Both the position numbers and the translations under genes were made by a program. The notes under the pieces were generated by a model. The model worked only from the letters and a program-made list of their open reading frames with translations, was not told the origin of the DNA and made no database searches. 34,696 bases of DNA from a virus: the UHGV virus genome UHGV-0412376. One strand, 5' to 3'. Position 1 is the stretch's first letter. Every line of letters begins with the position of its first letter. Below are positions 1 to 7,997 of the stretch, in pieces.

Positions 1-66
1 GCATTTGTAACGCTTTAAATATTAGAGTATTAGGAGATAAATTTTCAGCAAGAAAGGGTTACGTCC

Positions 67-216
67 ATGTCAGGTAACGTAATGCTTGTTTTTTTCTTGC
101 TGGCCGTTCTGTTCGGGTTCACTTGTTTCCGACTCGGCATTATTGAAGGTTGCCGGAGAACCACGAAGAGGATCTTGCGAAACATCACTCAAAAGAATGA
201 GAAGAAGAAATGAACT
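67..216 (+). CDS. Small hydrophobic peptide of 49 aa, with one predicted TM helix and a basic C-terminal tail.
   Basis: ATG at 67 with a weak AG-rich stretch upstream. The translation is MSGNVMLVFFLLAVLFGFTCFRLGIIEGCRRTTKRILRNITQKNEKKK. It lies in the AT-rich left flank and is shorter than the ORF-track cutoff. Confidence 0.25.
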
Positions 217-272
217 CGTCAATCTCCTCGTTTCCTCGTTCGGCGATCAAAGATTCCTTAGGTGTGCATATC

Positions 273-300
273 AATGTAGATGTGTCTACTTATCTACATT
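273..300. promoter_or_regulatory. Operator-like palindrome upstream of the first RHH gene.
   Basis: Perfect 9-bp inverted repeat AATGTAGAT-(10 nt)-ATCTACATT. Inner GTAGA/TCTAC repeats are nested inside it. It lies about 50-75 bp upstream of the ATG at 348. Confidence 0.4.
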
Positions 301-347
301 ACGCGCTTAATTCTAATGATGAAAAAAAATTAGGAAGGAGATCAGGA

Positions 348-641
348 ATGATGCTGGATGAAAAAAATGTAAAAAAGATGAAAAATAGTGTTGACTGGTG
401 GTTAACCACCGATTATGTTGAGCGCATGCCAAGTCAACGGAAGATAGACAAAAAACAGATTTCAGTATGGATCCCCATCGTCCTCTTCCGAAAATTTCAA
501 AAGAGAGCAAAAGAACTGAATATGACGATGACTGAAATCATTACCGCTTATTTAGTTCAACAAACTCAAAACGTAATCCTTACACCCGAAGATTATGAAA
601 ACATCGCCCGAGAAATACGAGAAAAAGCAAATAACAATTAA
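348..641 (+). CDS. Ribbon-helix-helix (Arc/CopG-like) DNA-binding protein.
   Basis: RBS GGAAGGAG lies 7 nt upstream of the ATG at 348, inside ORF 210..641. The segment KKQISVWIPIVLFRKFQKRAKELNMTMTEIITAYL is a typical RHH beta-strand plus helix motif. Confidence 0.55.
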   Translation: MMLDEKNVKKMKNSVDWWLTTDYVERMPSQRKIDKKQISVWIPIVLFRKFQKRAKELNMTMTEIITAYLVQQTQNVILTPEDYENIAREIREKANNN

Positions 642-831
642 CCTCCCTATTGACTTATTTGAGCAAATAAAATTGATTGCGCGGAAAGAACAAAGATCAG
701 TTTCCGGGCAAGTAGTTTTTTTACTCGCGGGTGGTGAACCACCTATAAAAAAGAGAATCAAAAAGAAGGGAGTTTTTTTACCTATAGGTGGTGAACCACC
801 TATAAAGAAAACCGAAACCGCCAACCGATAA
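595..831 (+). CDS. Second RHH-type DNA-binding protein, paralogous to the upstream one. The extent of its C-terminus is uncertain.
   Basis: KKQITINLPIDLFEQIKLIARKEQRSVSGQVVFLL matches the RHH pattern. Its 3' third is occupied by two operator-like DNA repeats (GGEPPIKK x2 in the protein), so the true stop may be an annotation artefact. Confidence 0.4.
   Translation: MKTSPEKYEKKQITINLPIDLFEQIKLIARKEQRSVSGQVVFLLAGGEPPIKKRIKKKGVFLPIGGEPPIKKTETANR
730..806. repeat. Two copies of the 20-bp repeat GGTGGTGAACCACCTATAAA (730-749 and 787-806). Copy 2 forms a 10+2+10 palindrome TATAGGTGGT-GA-ACCACCTATA.
   Basis: Exact 20/20 direct repeat read from the sequence, with a GGTGG/CCACC inverted-repeat core. 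The arrangement resembles operator half-sites. Confidence 0.6.
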
Positions 832-842
832 ATATGGATTAC

Positions 843-1327
843 TTAGCTCAGCAAGTGGGGATTCTTTTTGAGATACTCCCAGGCAACATCGGTGATGTTG
901 ACGTCAAACCCGGTCACAATGCTTCCATAAAAGGAGAGCCGAATAAGAATGCCGGCTGCTATCAGACCATTTACGATGCCGTCCCTATCATCAAATCTCT
1001 GTGTGCGGGTATCGAAGAAGATATATCTGAGAAGAACATCTTTCTCTTTTGGAGTGAGAGCATGGAGACGCTTGATCACCTTTTTACGGGATTTTGCCTC
1101 GGCGTAAGAGGATTTGATTATATTCCAAACCCTTTCCAGCAGGGCGCATCCGGAAAAAAGGAACACGTACCCCGCAATATCGCGGTAATCATGATCCGCA
1201 TAGCTGATATGCAGGGCCTCAAGAACGCTTTGAGGAGCGAAAAGATAAACACCTGTTGCGGAAAAGATTATGCCTGCATAATTGCAAGCGAATTTAAGCA
1301 GTTCTGCCAAGTATTGGAAAAAAACCA
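843..1327 (-). CDS. Hypothetical protein with hydrophobic TM-like segments. The strand assignment is ambiguous.
   Basis: The minus-strand ORF (MVFFQYLAELLKF...IAAGILIRLSFYGSIVTGF...) has helix-like hydrophobic stretches. The overlapping + strand ORF 834..1343 is hydrophilic and looks like its shadow. Neither candidate has a Shine-Dalgarno sequence. Confidence 0.3.
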
Positions 1328-1376
1328 TAAACCCAGAGGATAGGCTTAAACGGATGTATAGGCAATAGCTTTTACA

Positions 1377-2189
1377 TTGAACCCAATAAGAAGAAACATG
1401 AACAACAACATAGTACCATTCAACAATGCCGCGCTTGGCTGTTCTGTCCGGACAGTCATCATCAACGAAGAACCGTGGTTCGTCGGTAAAGACGTGTGCT
1501 CCGCTCTTGGCTACGCCAATGAAACCGACGCAATGAACCGCCATTGCAAGGGGGTCGTGAAACGCTACCCCCTTCAAACTTCCGGTGGAGTACAGGAGAT
1601 TCGCGTTATCAGCGAACCGGACATGATGCGTTTAATCTGCGGTTCCAAGCTGGAATCAGCAAAGCGATTCGAGGCATGGGTTTTTGAAGAAGTCCTCCCG
1701 ACGATACGCAAGCACGGCATCTATGCCACAGGCGAGAAACTTCTTGAACTGATTTCCAAGCCGGAGAACGCCCTTAAAGTCTTCCAGGCCCTCAAAGATG
1801 AACAGGACAAGAGGAAGTCTCTTGAAGCGAAGATAGAAGAGGACGCGCCCTACACGGAATTCGGAAAGAGCGTGGAAGTTTCCGAAGGCTGCATGCTGAT
1901 AGGAGAATTCGCCAAGGTCCTGGCACAGAACGGACGGGAAATCGGACAGAACCGGCTTTTTGAGCTGCTGCGCAATGAAGGCATCCTTGGGAAGACAGGG
2001 AACCGCCGCAACGTGCCGTCCCAGGAACATGTGGAAGCCGGTCGTTTTCGGGTCAGTTACCGGATTATCCAGCATGCGAGCGGAAGAGCGGAAAGCAAAG
2101 CAACACCGTATCTGACGCCTAAAGGTCAAGTATGGCTGTTGAAGCGGATGACGGGGAATAAAACCGAGCAGAAGGAGGCGAAGAAGTGA
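1377..2189 (+). CDS. ant: Phage antirepressor with an N-terminal Bro-N domain and a C-terminal KilAC/ANT domain.
   Basis: N-terminus PWFVGKDVCSALGYANETDAMNRHCKGV...AKRFEAWVFEEVLPTIRKHG matches the Bro-N pattern. The C-terminal half is antirepressor-like. The start is probably the ATG at 1398, since the codon at 1377 is TTG. Confidence 0.8.
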   Translation: MNPIRRNMNNNIVPFNNAALGCSVRTVIINEEPWFVGKDVCSALGYANETDAMNRHCKGVVKRYPLQTSGGVQEIRVISEPDMMRLICGSKLESAKRFEAWVFEEVLPTIRKHGIYATGEKLLELISKPENALKVFQALKDEQDKRKSLEAKIEEDAPYTEFGKSVEVSEGCMLIGEFAKVLAQNGREIGQNRLFELLRNEGILGKTGNRRNVPSQEHVEAGRFRVSYRIIQHASGRAESKATPYLTPKGQVWLLKRMTGNKTEQKEAKK

Positions 2190-2479
2190 AAGCGCTGGCC
2201 GCCCTCGTCTTCTCCGGGCTTGTTCTGTGCGGCTGTAATCCGCGCCCTTATGACCACATTTCAGGAGGGAACAAAGAGTGGATTATTAAGATCGAACAGC
2301 CAGGTCTTCGCGATATTTCTTTTTCCACTAACGACCCTGACTGCGTGAAATACCATGGTGATAATCGATATTATTCTACTCCGCCTATATCTAATAGCTA
2401 TCTGATCACTAAGCCGGACGGCGAGGAACTCTTTATATCCGGCACAGCGAGAATAACACGAAAGGAAGTGAAGAAATGA
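2186..2479 (+). CDS. Small lipoprotein with a signal peptide and an LVLCGC lipobox.
   Basis: The protein begins MKALAALVFSGLVLCGCNP. It has a GTG start overlapping the upstream stop. Confidence 0.45.
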   Translation: MKALAALVFSGLVLCGCNPRPYDHISGGNKEWIIKIEQPGLRDISFSTNDPDCVKYHGDNRYYSTPPISNSYLITKPDGEELFISGTARITRKEVKK

Positions 2480-2562
2480 TAGATTTGCTAACTATTATTT
2501 TAAGCACCATTTCCATCACTCTTTGCATATTTGTTTTACTTACAACGAAAAATCATGACTAA
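2476..2562 (+). CDS. Single-TM mini-protein of 28 aa.
   Basis: The ATG overlaps the upstream TGA (ATGA). The translation is MIDLLTIILSTISITLCIFVLLTTKNHD. It lies in an AT-rich island. Confidence 0.3.
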   Translation: MIDLLTIILSTISITLCIFVLLTTKNHD

Positions 2563-2653
2563 AGAACAAACAATAGTAAGCCTACTCGTTGAGCTGGACA
2601 AAATGCTCAAAATCGAAACTCACTAGGACGAAGGTTAGAAATAATAACGAGTT

Positions 2654-2737
2654 ATGAATGATGGCGTGTTTCTAATTCTTCTAGGCGGGATTATCGTTTT
2701 TTTGATGCTTATCATATCAAATTTAGATGGACGTTGA
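2654..2737 (+). CDS. Single-TM mini-protein of 27 aa.
   Basis: MNDGVFLILLGGIIVFLMLIISNLDGR. It has the same architecture as the 2476 peptide and lies in the same AT-rich island. Confidence 0.3.
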   Translation: MNDGVFLILLGGIIVFLMLIISNLDGR

Positions 2738-2740
2738 ACA

Positions 2741-2908
2741 ATGATCATTGAATACGACGACGAAGACCGGTGCATCCGGGTGGACGGCGAACCTATTTCC
2801 TACGGTGTCGCGGTTGGACTCCTGGAGCAGATAGAGCAGGCAATCGACGAGTGGGATTTTGACCACGCTCCCCAATGCTACAACCCGGACGGACACTATG
2901 ACGACTAA
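2741..2908 (+). CDS. Small acidic hypothetical protein of 55 aa.
   Basis: ATG lies 3 nt after the preceding stop. The translation is MIIEYDDEDRCIRVDGEPISYGVAVGLLEQIEQAIDEWDFDHAPQCYNPDGHYDD, with high-GC codon usage like the phage backbone. Confidence 0.35.
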   Translation: MIIEYDDEDRCIRVDGEPISYGVAVGLLEQIEQAIDEWDFDHAPQCYNPDGHYDD

Positions 2909-3040
2909 CTGACTTTTAACCAATCGCCCGGCCCAGGTGGGGCCTAAAACCAAAACCAAAAACATCAATAGGTATATAGAGTAATACGGTCTGGCAGGCG
3001 CGGGGAAACCCGTCCGGGCGGCCAATTCAGAAGAACGAAC

Positions 3041-3352
3041 ATGAGCGAAAATGACACAACCATGACCACCCTTGCGACCGCGCTGGAAACGCTAGCCGGA
3101 GTATTGCGGGAGCTGGCAACCACGCCTGTTCCTTCTACGCCTGAATCGTCTTCCGTCTCCATTTTCGGAGCAATCGAAAAGAAATACGCTAAAAGCTCCA
3201 CCTTAGCCACTTATTATGACATTTCATCCCGTCAGATGGATAACATCCTAGCACGGGCGGGAAAGAATGTAAGAAGGCTGGAAGGAGTCGGAAAAGGAAC
3301 CCTTTATAACATGGAAGACGTGGAAAAATACTTAACTAACAAAAGAAAATGA
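3041..3352 (+). CDS. HTH DNA-binding protein, possibly an excisionase (AlpA/Xis-like).
   Basis: STLATYYDISSRQMDNILARAG...LYNMEDVEKYL resembles the Xis-type winged helix. It sits in the early region. Confidence 0.4.
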   Translation: MSENDTTMTTLATALETLAGVLRELATTPVPSTPESSSVSIFGAIEKKYAKSSTLATYYDISSRQMDNILARAGKNVRRLEGVGKGTLYNMEDVEKYLTNKRK

Positions 3353-3729
3353 CCACACATCAACACATCATTGACCGGGGCCCCTTCAAGGGGATGGTGG
3401 AAACGATCACCAACAACCCGCACCCCGCAAAGACGACGCGCTGCTACATGTGCGCGGCACCGCTGAAAGCCTCGACATCATGGATGTCCCTGGTAGGAGA
3501 CCATCAGGACGGCGTCTTCACCGCGCGCTTTCTGTGCCAGTTATGCGCCAGGGAACGCCTCAACGGCATCCCTGACGAAGCGGAACGTTGCTGGAACTAT
3601 ACCCAAGCCGCCCAATCAGGGCCCCGGATTACCAAAATCCTCGCTTACCTGATTTTCTGGTGTGGACTGGTTACTGCCGGAGGAACAATCCTCTTCTTAA
3701 TTTTCCTCCTGCTCAAAAACATTTTTTAA
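3349..3729 (+). CDS. Hypothetical Cys4 zinc-ribbon protein with a C-terminal TM helix.
   Basis: CxxC...CxxC pairs (CYMC...CQLC) followed by the hydrophobic tail ILAYLIFWCGLVTAGGTILFLIFLLL. Confidence 0.45.
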   Translation: MTTHQHIIDRGPFKGMVETITNNPHPAKTTRCYMCAAPLKASTSWMSLVGDHQDGVFTARFLCQLCARERLNGIPDEAERCWNYTQAAQSGPRITKILAYLIFWCGLVTAGGTILFLIFLLLKNIF

Positions 3730-3750
3730 CTGATTAACTAAATAAATAAA

Positions 3751-4353
3751 ATGAAATTTAAAGATTGCACTGTTGGAACTAAAGTACACCTCGGGGGAGA
3801 AATCGTTGATATATCAAACGATAAAAAAGCCGTATTGATTAAGTGGGGAAACGGGAAGGAATTCTACATCGGCATTGACTTACTTGAACGAGATTTTAAT
3901 CAATACGACCCGAAGAGGAAATTCCGAAAGGGCGATATCGTCAAGCCTGATTACAAGGGGAGGAAATGGGAAGGCATGCTTCCCGAAGAAATAGAATATG
4001 AAGTTCTGGAAGATGAAGATGACGAGGGACTGGTACTCATTAAAATAGACAAAAGTATTGACCCGACCGGAGAAGGGCTTGTGTCTTTCTCAAGATTGGT
4101 CTTGATTAAACCAGTAGAAGAAATTGAGAAGAATAATCTCTATTATATTGAAGAAACAGAAATTAGTTTTAATGTCATCCGTAAAGGTATTGAAAGAGAT
4201 TTATTAGTCTATTCCATTTCTTTAAGAAACGGCAACGGAGTAAGCAGAGACGAAGCTAAAAAGAAAGCTGAAGAGCTTTGCGACGAAAAGAATCGCATCT
4301 ATCAGGAAGTACTAAAACAAATCAGAAAAAATAGCCGGGTCAGCGGCAACTGA
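3751..4353 (+). CDS. Hypothetical protein encoded in an AT-rich moron island.
   Basis: 200-aa ORF in about 38% GC, inside a roughly 60% GC region. A GCCGGGT...ACCCGGC hairpin follows its stop. Confidence 0.5.
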   Translation: MKFKDCTVGTKVHLGGEIVDISNDKKAVLIKWGNGKEFYIGIDLLERDFNQYDPKRKFRKGDIVKPDYKGRKWEGMLPEEIEYEVLEDEDDEGLVLIKIDKSIDPTGEGLVSFSRLVLIKPVEEIEKNNLYYIEETEISFNVIRKGIERDLLVYSISLRNGNGVSRDEAKKKAEELCDEKNRIYQEVLKQIRKNSRVSGN

Positions 4354-4384
4354 ACCCGGCCTGTTAAACACAACATGAACGAAT

Positions 4385-5257
4385 ATGAATAACGAAAAAC
4401 CTTATAAACCAAAATATGAATACAGGCAAGGACAACAGGCCCTTACCCTGTCAACCCCGAAAGAGCTTGCTGGCTTTTTAACCAGGTCAAAAACCTCCAT
4501 TGCCGCCGCTCTGCCGGCCCATCTCAACCCGGACCGTATGATTCGTCTCGCGGTAACTTGCTTTTCACAAAACCCAGCCTTGCACCGGTGTTCCGCTGTA
4601 AGTATCTTTTCCAGCTTGCTCATTGCCTCCCAGCTTGGGCTTGAGCCGGGAGTAGGCGGGCAGGGATATCTTATCCCCTACAAAGGTAAGTGCACCTTTG
4701 TTCCCGGCTGGCAGGGCCTTGTAGGACTGCTCAACAACACGGGCAGGGCTACCGCCTGGACGGGGGTAGTTTACGAGGGCGACCAGTTCCAATTTGAGCT
4801 TGGAGCCTATCCTATCCTCCGCCACATCCCCGGCATCAACTACGGGGATGAGGACAAAATGACATGGGCCTATGCCTGCGCCCGGGTTAACGGAGCGGAA
4901 ACCCCTGTCATTGAGGCATGGCCCATGGAACGCATCTGGCGCCACAGAGACGCACACAACGAGGTCGGAGAAAAGCATTACTCCTACAAAAACCGAGAAA
5001 TGTACGCCCGCAAGGTGGTTCTGCTGCAAGTTCTCAAATACATGCCGAAAAGTGTGGAAGTGGCAAATGCCATTGAAGTCTCCCATGCCGCGGAAACGGG
5101 GCGTGTCGTCAAAATCGACGACGGCGTTGTCATTGACGGCGAAATTGTATCGGAAGATGACCCCGGCATAGATGACTATCCGCTCGACCGTCAAGACCTG
5201 AACCCGACGCCGAAACCGGCCCCAGCCTCCGACCCCTCCACTCCAAACCTCCTTTAA
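4385..5257 (+). CDS. recT: RecT-family single-strand annealing recombinase.
   Basis: MIRLAVTCFSQNPALHRCSAVSIFSSLLIASQLGLEPGVGGQGYLIPYKGKCTFVPGWQGLVGLL is a RecT-family signature. It is followed by a YqaJ-type exonuclease. Confidence 0.8.
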   Translation: MNNEKPYKPKYEYRQGQQALTLSTPKELAGFLTRSKTSIAAALPAHLNPDRMIRLAVTCFSQNPALHRCSAVSIFSSLLIASQLGLEPGVGGQGYLIPYKGKCTFVPGWQGLVGLLNNTGRATAWTGVVYEGDQFQFELGAYPILRHIPGINYGDEDKMTWAYACARVNGAETPVIEAWPMERIWRHRDAHNEVGEKHYSYKNREMYARKVVLLQVLKYMPKSVEVANAIEVSHAAETGRVVKIDDGVVIDGEIVSEDDPGIDDYPLDRQDLNPTPKPAPASDPSTPNLL

Positions 5258-5261
5258 ACGC

Positions 5262-6248
5262 ATGAGCGAACAACTTCAAATCATCCCCCTGAATGTGAGC
5301 GCCAAAGGCGAAGTACTCTCTTCCAATCTTGACGAATTCCGCGCCTCGGTCAAAACCGTCCTGGACAGTATCAGTCTCACTCCTGAAACCGATGAAGAAT
5401 TCGGATTGGCTGAACAAAACGTCAAAATGCTCAAGGGCGCGGAAGATACCGTTAAGGCTGCCAAGGAAAAAGCCTTGAAGGATGCCGAGAGCCTCCATGA
5501 ATTCTTTGCCGCGCTGGACGAATCCAGTGAAGAAATCCGGCAAGCCCGGCTCACCCTGGAAAAGAAGATCGCCGGGGAGAAAGAGAAAATCCGCAATAAG
5601 CTAATCGATGACGCCCTTGCCCGCCTGGAATGCGCTCCCCATTTGAGGAAGAAATTATTTGGCGGTACAATGGCGGAATCCATCAAGAACAAGCGCACCA
5701 TTAAAAGCATTGAGGCCGCGCTTGATGCCGCCGTGGCAAAAGCAAACAAAGACATCACAACCAATCGTGAAATCATTTGTGAATTCATTGATTTGTACGG
5801 TGGCAACCTCGTGTTGGACGAAGACGAACTTGAAACGAAATCCACTATCTATGTTGAGGCTGAGCTGCGTCGCCGTCAGGATGTTGCCAAAGCCGCCGCA
5901 GAACGCGCCAGACTGGAGGAAGAGGCCCGAAAGGCACGGGAAGAAGCTCAACGGGCAAAAGCGGAATTGGAAGAACAGGGAAAACCTCCTGTCCCTCCGG
6001 CCCTCACATCCATCAACATGACCGCGTTTGACCAGGAACCGGTACAGGCTCCTGAAACATTCCCGGCTCCAAAGAGCGAATCAGAAGAATGGAGGCAATT
6101 CCAGGAATCCGTTTTTGAAGCCTTTGCAAAACTTAAGGATGCCCGAGAGAAGCTTACTCACCCCGCCAACAAAAGCCGCGTTGCCTATTTTGCTCAAGCC
6201 GTCAACGAGGCCTGGAAAGCCTGCATAGCGGAAGGAGGTGAGAAATGA
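5262..6248 (+). CDS. Coiled-coil phage protein associated with the recombination module, possibly DUF1351-like.
   Basis: K/E/A-rich coiled coil lying between recT and the exonuclease. There is no catalytic motif. Confidence 0.5.
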   Translation: MSEQLQIIPLNVSAKGEVLSSNLDEFRASVKTVLDSISLTPETDEEFGLAEQNVKMLKGAEDTVKAAKEKALKDAESLHEFFAALDESSEEIRQARLTLEKKIAGEKEKIRNKLIDDALARLECAPHLRKKLFGGTMAESIKNKRTIKSIEAALDAAVAKANKDITTNREIICEFIDLYGGNLVLDEDELETKSTIYVEAELRRRQDVAKAAAERARLEEEARKAREEAQRAKAELEEQGKPPVPPALTSINMTAFDQEPVQAPETFPAPKSESEEWRQFQESVFEAFAKLKDAREKLTHPANKSRVAYFAQAVNEAWKACIAEGGEK

Positions 6249-6889
6249 AAATCTGGCCCTCCTTGGAACAACGTTCGGAAGCTTGGTTCCGTGCCCGTGC
6301 CGGCCGTCTGACAGCCAGCAATTTTCACCGGGTTTTAACTCCCTCGGGAAAAGACTCTTCCCAATGGCGAGAACTTGCCATTGAAATGTGTTGCAGCCGC
6401 ATCCGTCCTGATGAAATACAGTGGGAAGGAAACCGCCACACGGACCGCGGGGAAGAACTGGAACCGGAAGCGCGGGAAGAATTCAGCCGAATCATGGGGC
6501 TGGAAGTGGAACAGGTGGGATTTATCGTCCAAGACAATGAACTGGTGGGCTGCTCCCCTGACGGCATGATCAAGATCAATGGGCAGTACGCGACGGGTGT
6601 GGAGCTGAAATGCCCTCTTGCAAAAAATCACGCGGAATACCTGCTGGACGGCGTATTACCCGTCCAATACAAGGCGCAGGTACACGGTTCCATGATTGTG
6701 ACTGGATTGCCCTACTGGTACTTCATGAGCTACTGCCGGCGTCTCAAGCCCCTGATTTTACGGGTGGAGAGAGACAGCTATACCGACACGCTACAAGATG
6801 CCCTTGAACGGTTTATCATTTATTACGCAGACGTTTATAAGCGCATCATGCCTCAAATCCGTCCGGTTGTAGAAGGGAGGGCTGCATAA
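6245..6889 (+). CDS. YqaJ-like (lambda Exo-type, PD-(D/E)XK) viral recombinase exonuclease.
   Basis: N-terminus PSLEQRSEAWFRARAGRLTASNFHRVL is the YqaJ-family signature. It pairs with the upstream RecT. Confidence 0.8.
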   Translation: MKIWPSLEQRSEAWFRARAGRLTASNFHRVLTPSGKDSSQWRELAIEMCCSRIRPDEIQWEGNRHTDRGEELEPEAREEFSRIMGLEVEQVGFIVQDNELVGCSPDGMIKINGQYATGVELKCPLAKNHAEYLLDGVLPVQYKAQVHGSMIVTGLPYWYFMSYCRRLKPLILRVERDSYTDTLQDALERFIIYYADVYKRIMPQIRPVVEGRAA

Positions 6890-7401
6890 TGAGCAAGCGC
6901 ATCTTAGGCCTTGATCTGTCGCTCACCGCTACAGGCTGGGCGCTGGTGTGGGATGGTTCTCCTAAATGGGGCGTCATCAAATCCAGGAACAGGAGCGTTA
7001 AACGTCTCTCTGAAATCCGCAATGCGGTGCTGGACATCATCAACCAAACACAGCCTTCCCTTGCTGTTATTGAGGGGTATTCCTATGGATCTTCCCATGG
7101 CATGGCCGGGCTGGCGGAATTGGGCGGCGTTATTCGCCTCCTGCTCCTGGACATGGGAATACCTTTCATCGTTGTTGCACCTGCCACCAATAAGAAATTT
7201 GCAACGGGGAAGGGCAATGCGGAAAAGGATTTGATGCTCAAACGCGTTTTTCAGCATTGGGCGGCGGATATGAGCAATAATAACGAGGCGGACGCTTTTG
7301 CCCTGGCCCAGTTTGGCCGCTGCTACCTCAACCAGGAGGGCTTTTGTGATTATCAAACAAAAACCGTTGAAACCTACAAAAGAAAGGAACTCGGAAAATG
7401 A
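6889..7401 (+). CDS. RuvC-like Holliday-junction resolvase.
   Basis: N-terminus ILGLDLSLTATGWALV matches the RuvC-fold IIGIDPG motif. A second match is SLAVIEGYSY with a D/E-rich catalytic pattern. Confidence 0.7.
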   Translation: MSKRILGLDLSLTATGWALVWDGSPKWGVIKSRNRSVKRLSEIRNAVLDIINQTQPSLAVIEGYSYGSSHGMAGLAELGGVIRLLLLDMGIPFIVVAPATNKKFATGKGNAEKDLMLKRVFQHWAADMSNNNEADAFALAQFGRCYLNQEGFCDYQTKTVETYKRKELGK

Positions 7402-7709
7402 GCCCGGAAGAAAGAGAGAAAAAACGGCTCTGGATGGTGGAGTACAACAAACGGAGAAAGTCCGCTTTGGTTGATGATTTAAACGCCAAGTACGGCACCC
7501 ATTTCAGCCTGGGACAGTATATCACCTACAAAGGGGGAAAATATATCATCAGTGGGACTCACGGTCATTTATTAATCATCAAAAATGATAGGCTGGAAAC
7601 TTTAGCGCATCCTCTTGATGTCTACCCGGCTATCAAACTATCCGGCACCGTCACTTTTGACGGCTGGACCATGGGTCCGAACGGAAAACTTAAAATCAAG
7701 AAAGGATAA
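7398..7709 (+). CDS. Hypothetical protein.
   Basis: ORF translationally coupled to its neighbours, with phage-like codon usage. Confidence 0.5.
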   Translation: MSPEEREKKRLWMVEYNKRRKSALVDDLNAKYGTHFSLGQYITYKGGKYIISGTHGHLLIIKNDRLETLAHPLDVYPAIKLSGTVTFDGWTMGPNGKLKIKKG

Positions 7710-7715
7710 ATTAAA

Positions 7716-7997
7716 ATGAACAATGTCTATTGCGACAAACCCGGCCATGGCGCTTACCCGCTCCGGGCTTATGAAAAAGACGGGAAAATTTTTGTGGACA
7801 TGGATTCTTGCACGGAATGCGGGCCGCAGAAAATGGAAGAAGAAGAGGTATATCAGTCCTTTTTGGATAGACTGCGTATCCTTTCCAATCAGCTGAACAG
7901 CCTGAAATGGGATCTGGACGGATTAAAGGATGATAGCGAGTCATTAAAGGATGACGTGGATGAACTGATTAAAGACTATGAAAAAGAAAACGCCTAA
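7716..7997 (+). CDS. Hypothetical protein with a CTECG motif and an acidic C-terminus.
   Basis: ORF on the track. No domain was recognised. Confidence 0.45.
   Translation: MNNVYCDKPGHGAYPLRAYEKDGKIFVDMDSCTECGPQKMEEEEVYQSFLDRLRILSNQLNSLKWDLDGLKDDSESLKDDVDELIKDYEKENA

Noticed and set aside
86-310. 74-aa + strand ORF on the track.
   Set aside because: It has a Cys/Arg-rich implausible sequence. It overlaps the more protein-like 67-216 mini-ORF and the operator palindrome.
1-350. Search for a left att site, direct repeat of the right junction, or a tRNA target.
   Set aside because: No tRNA-like T-arm and no repeat of at least 12 bp shared with 33241-33560 was found by eye. The left prophage end probably lies outside the window.
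834-1343. + strand 169-aa ORF directly following the RHH genes (toxin-like position).
   Set aside because: Its composition looks like the complement of a TM-rich - strand ORF. It is retained only as an alternative because strand assignment here is uncertain.
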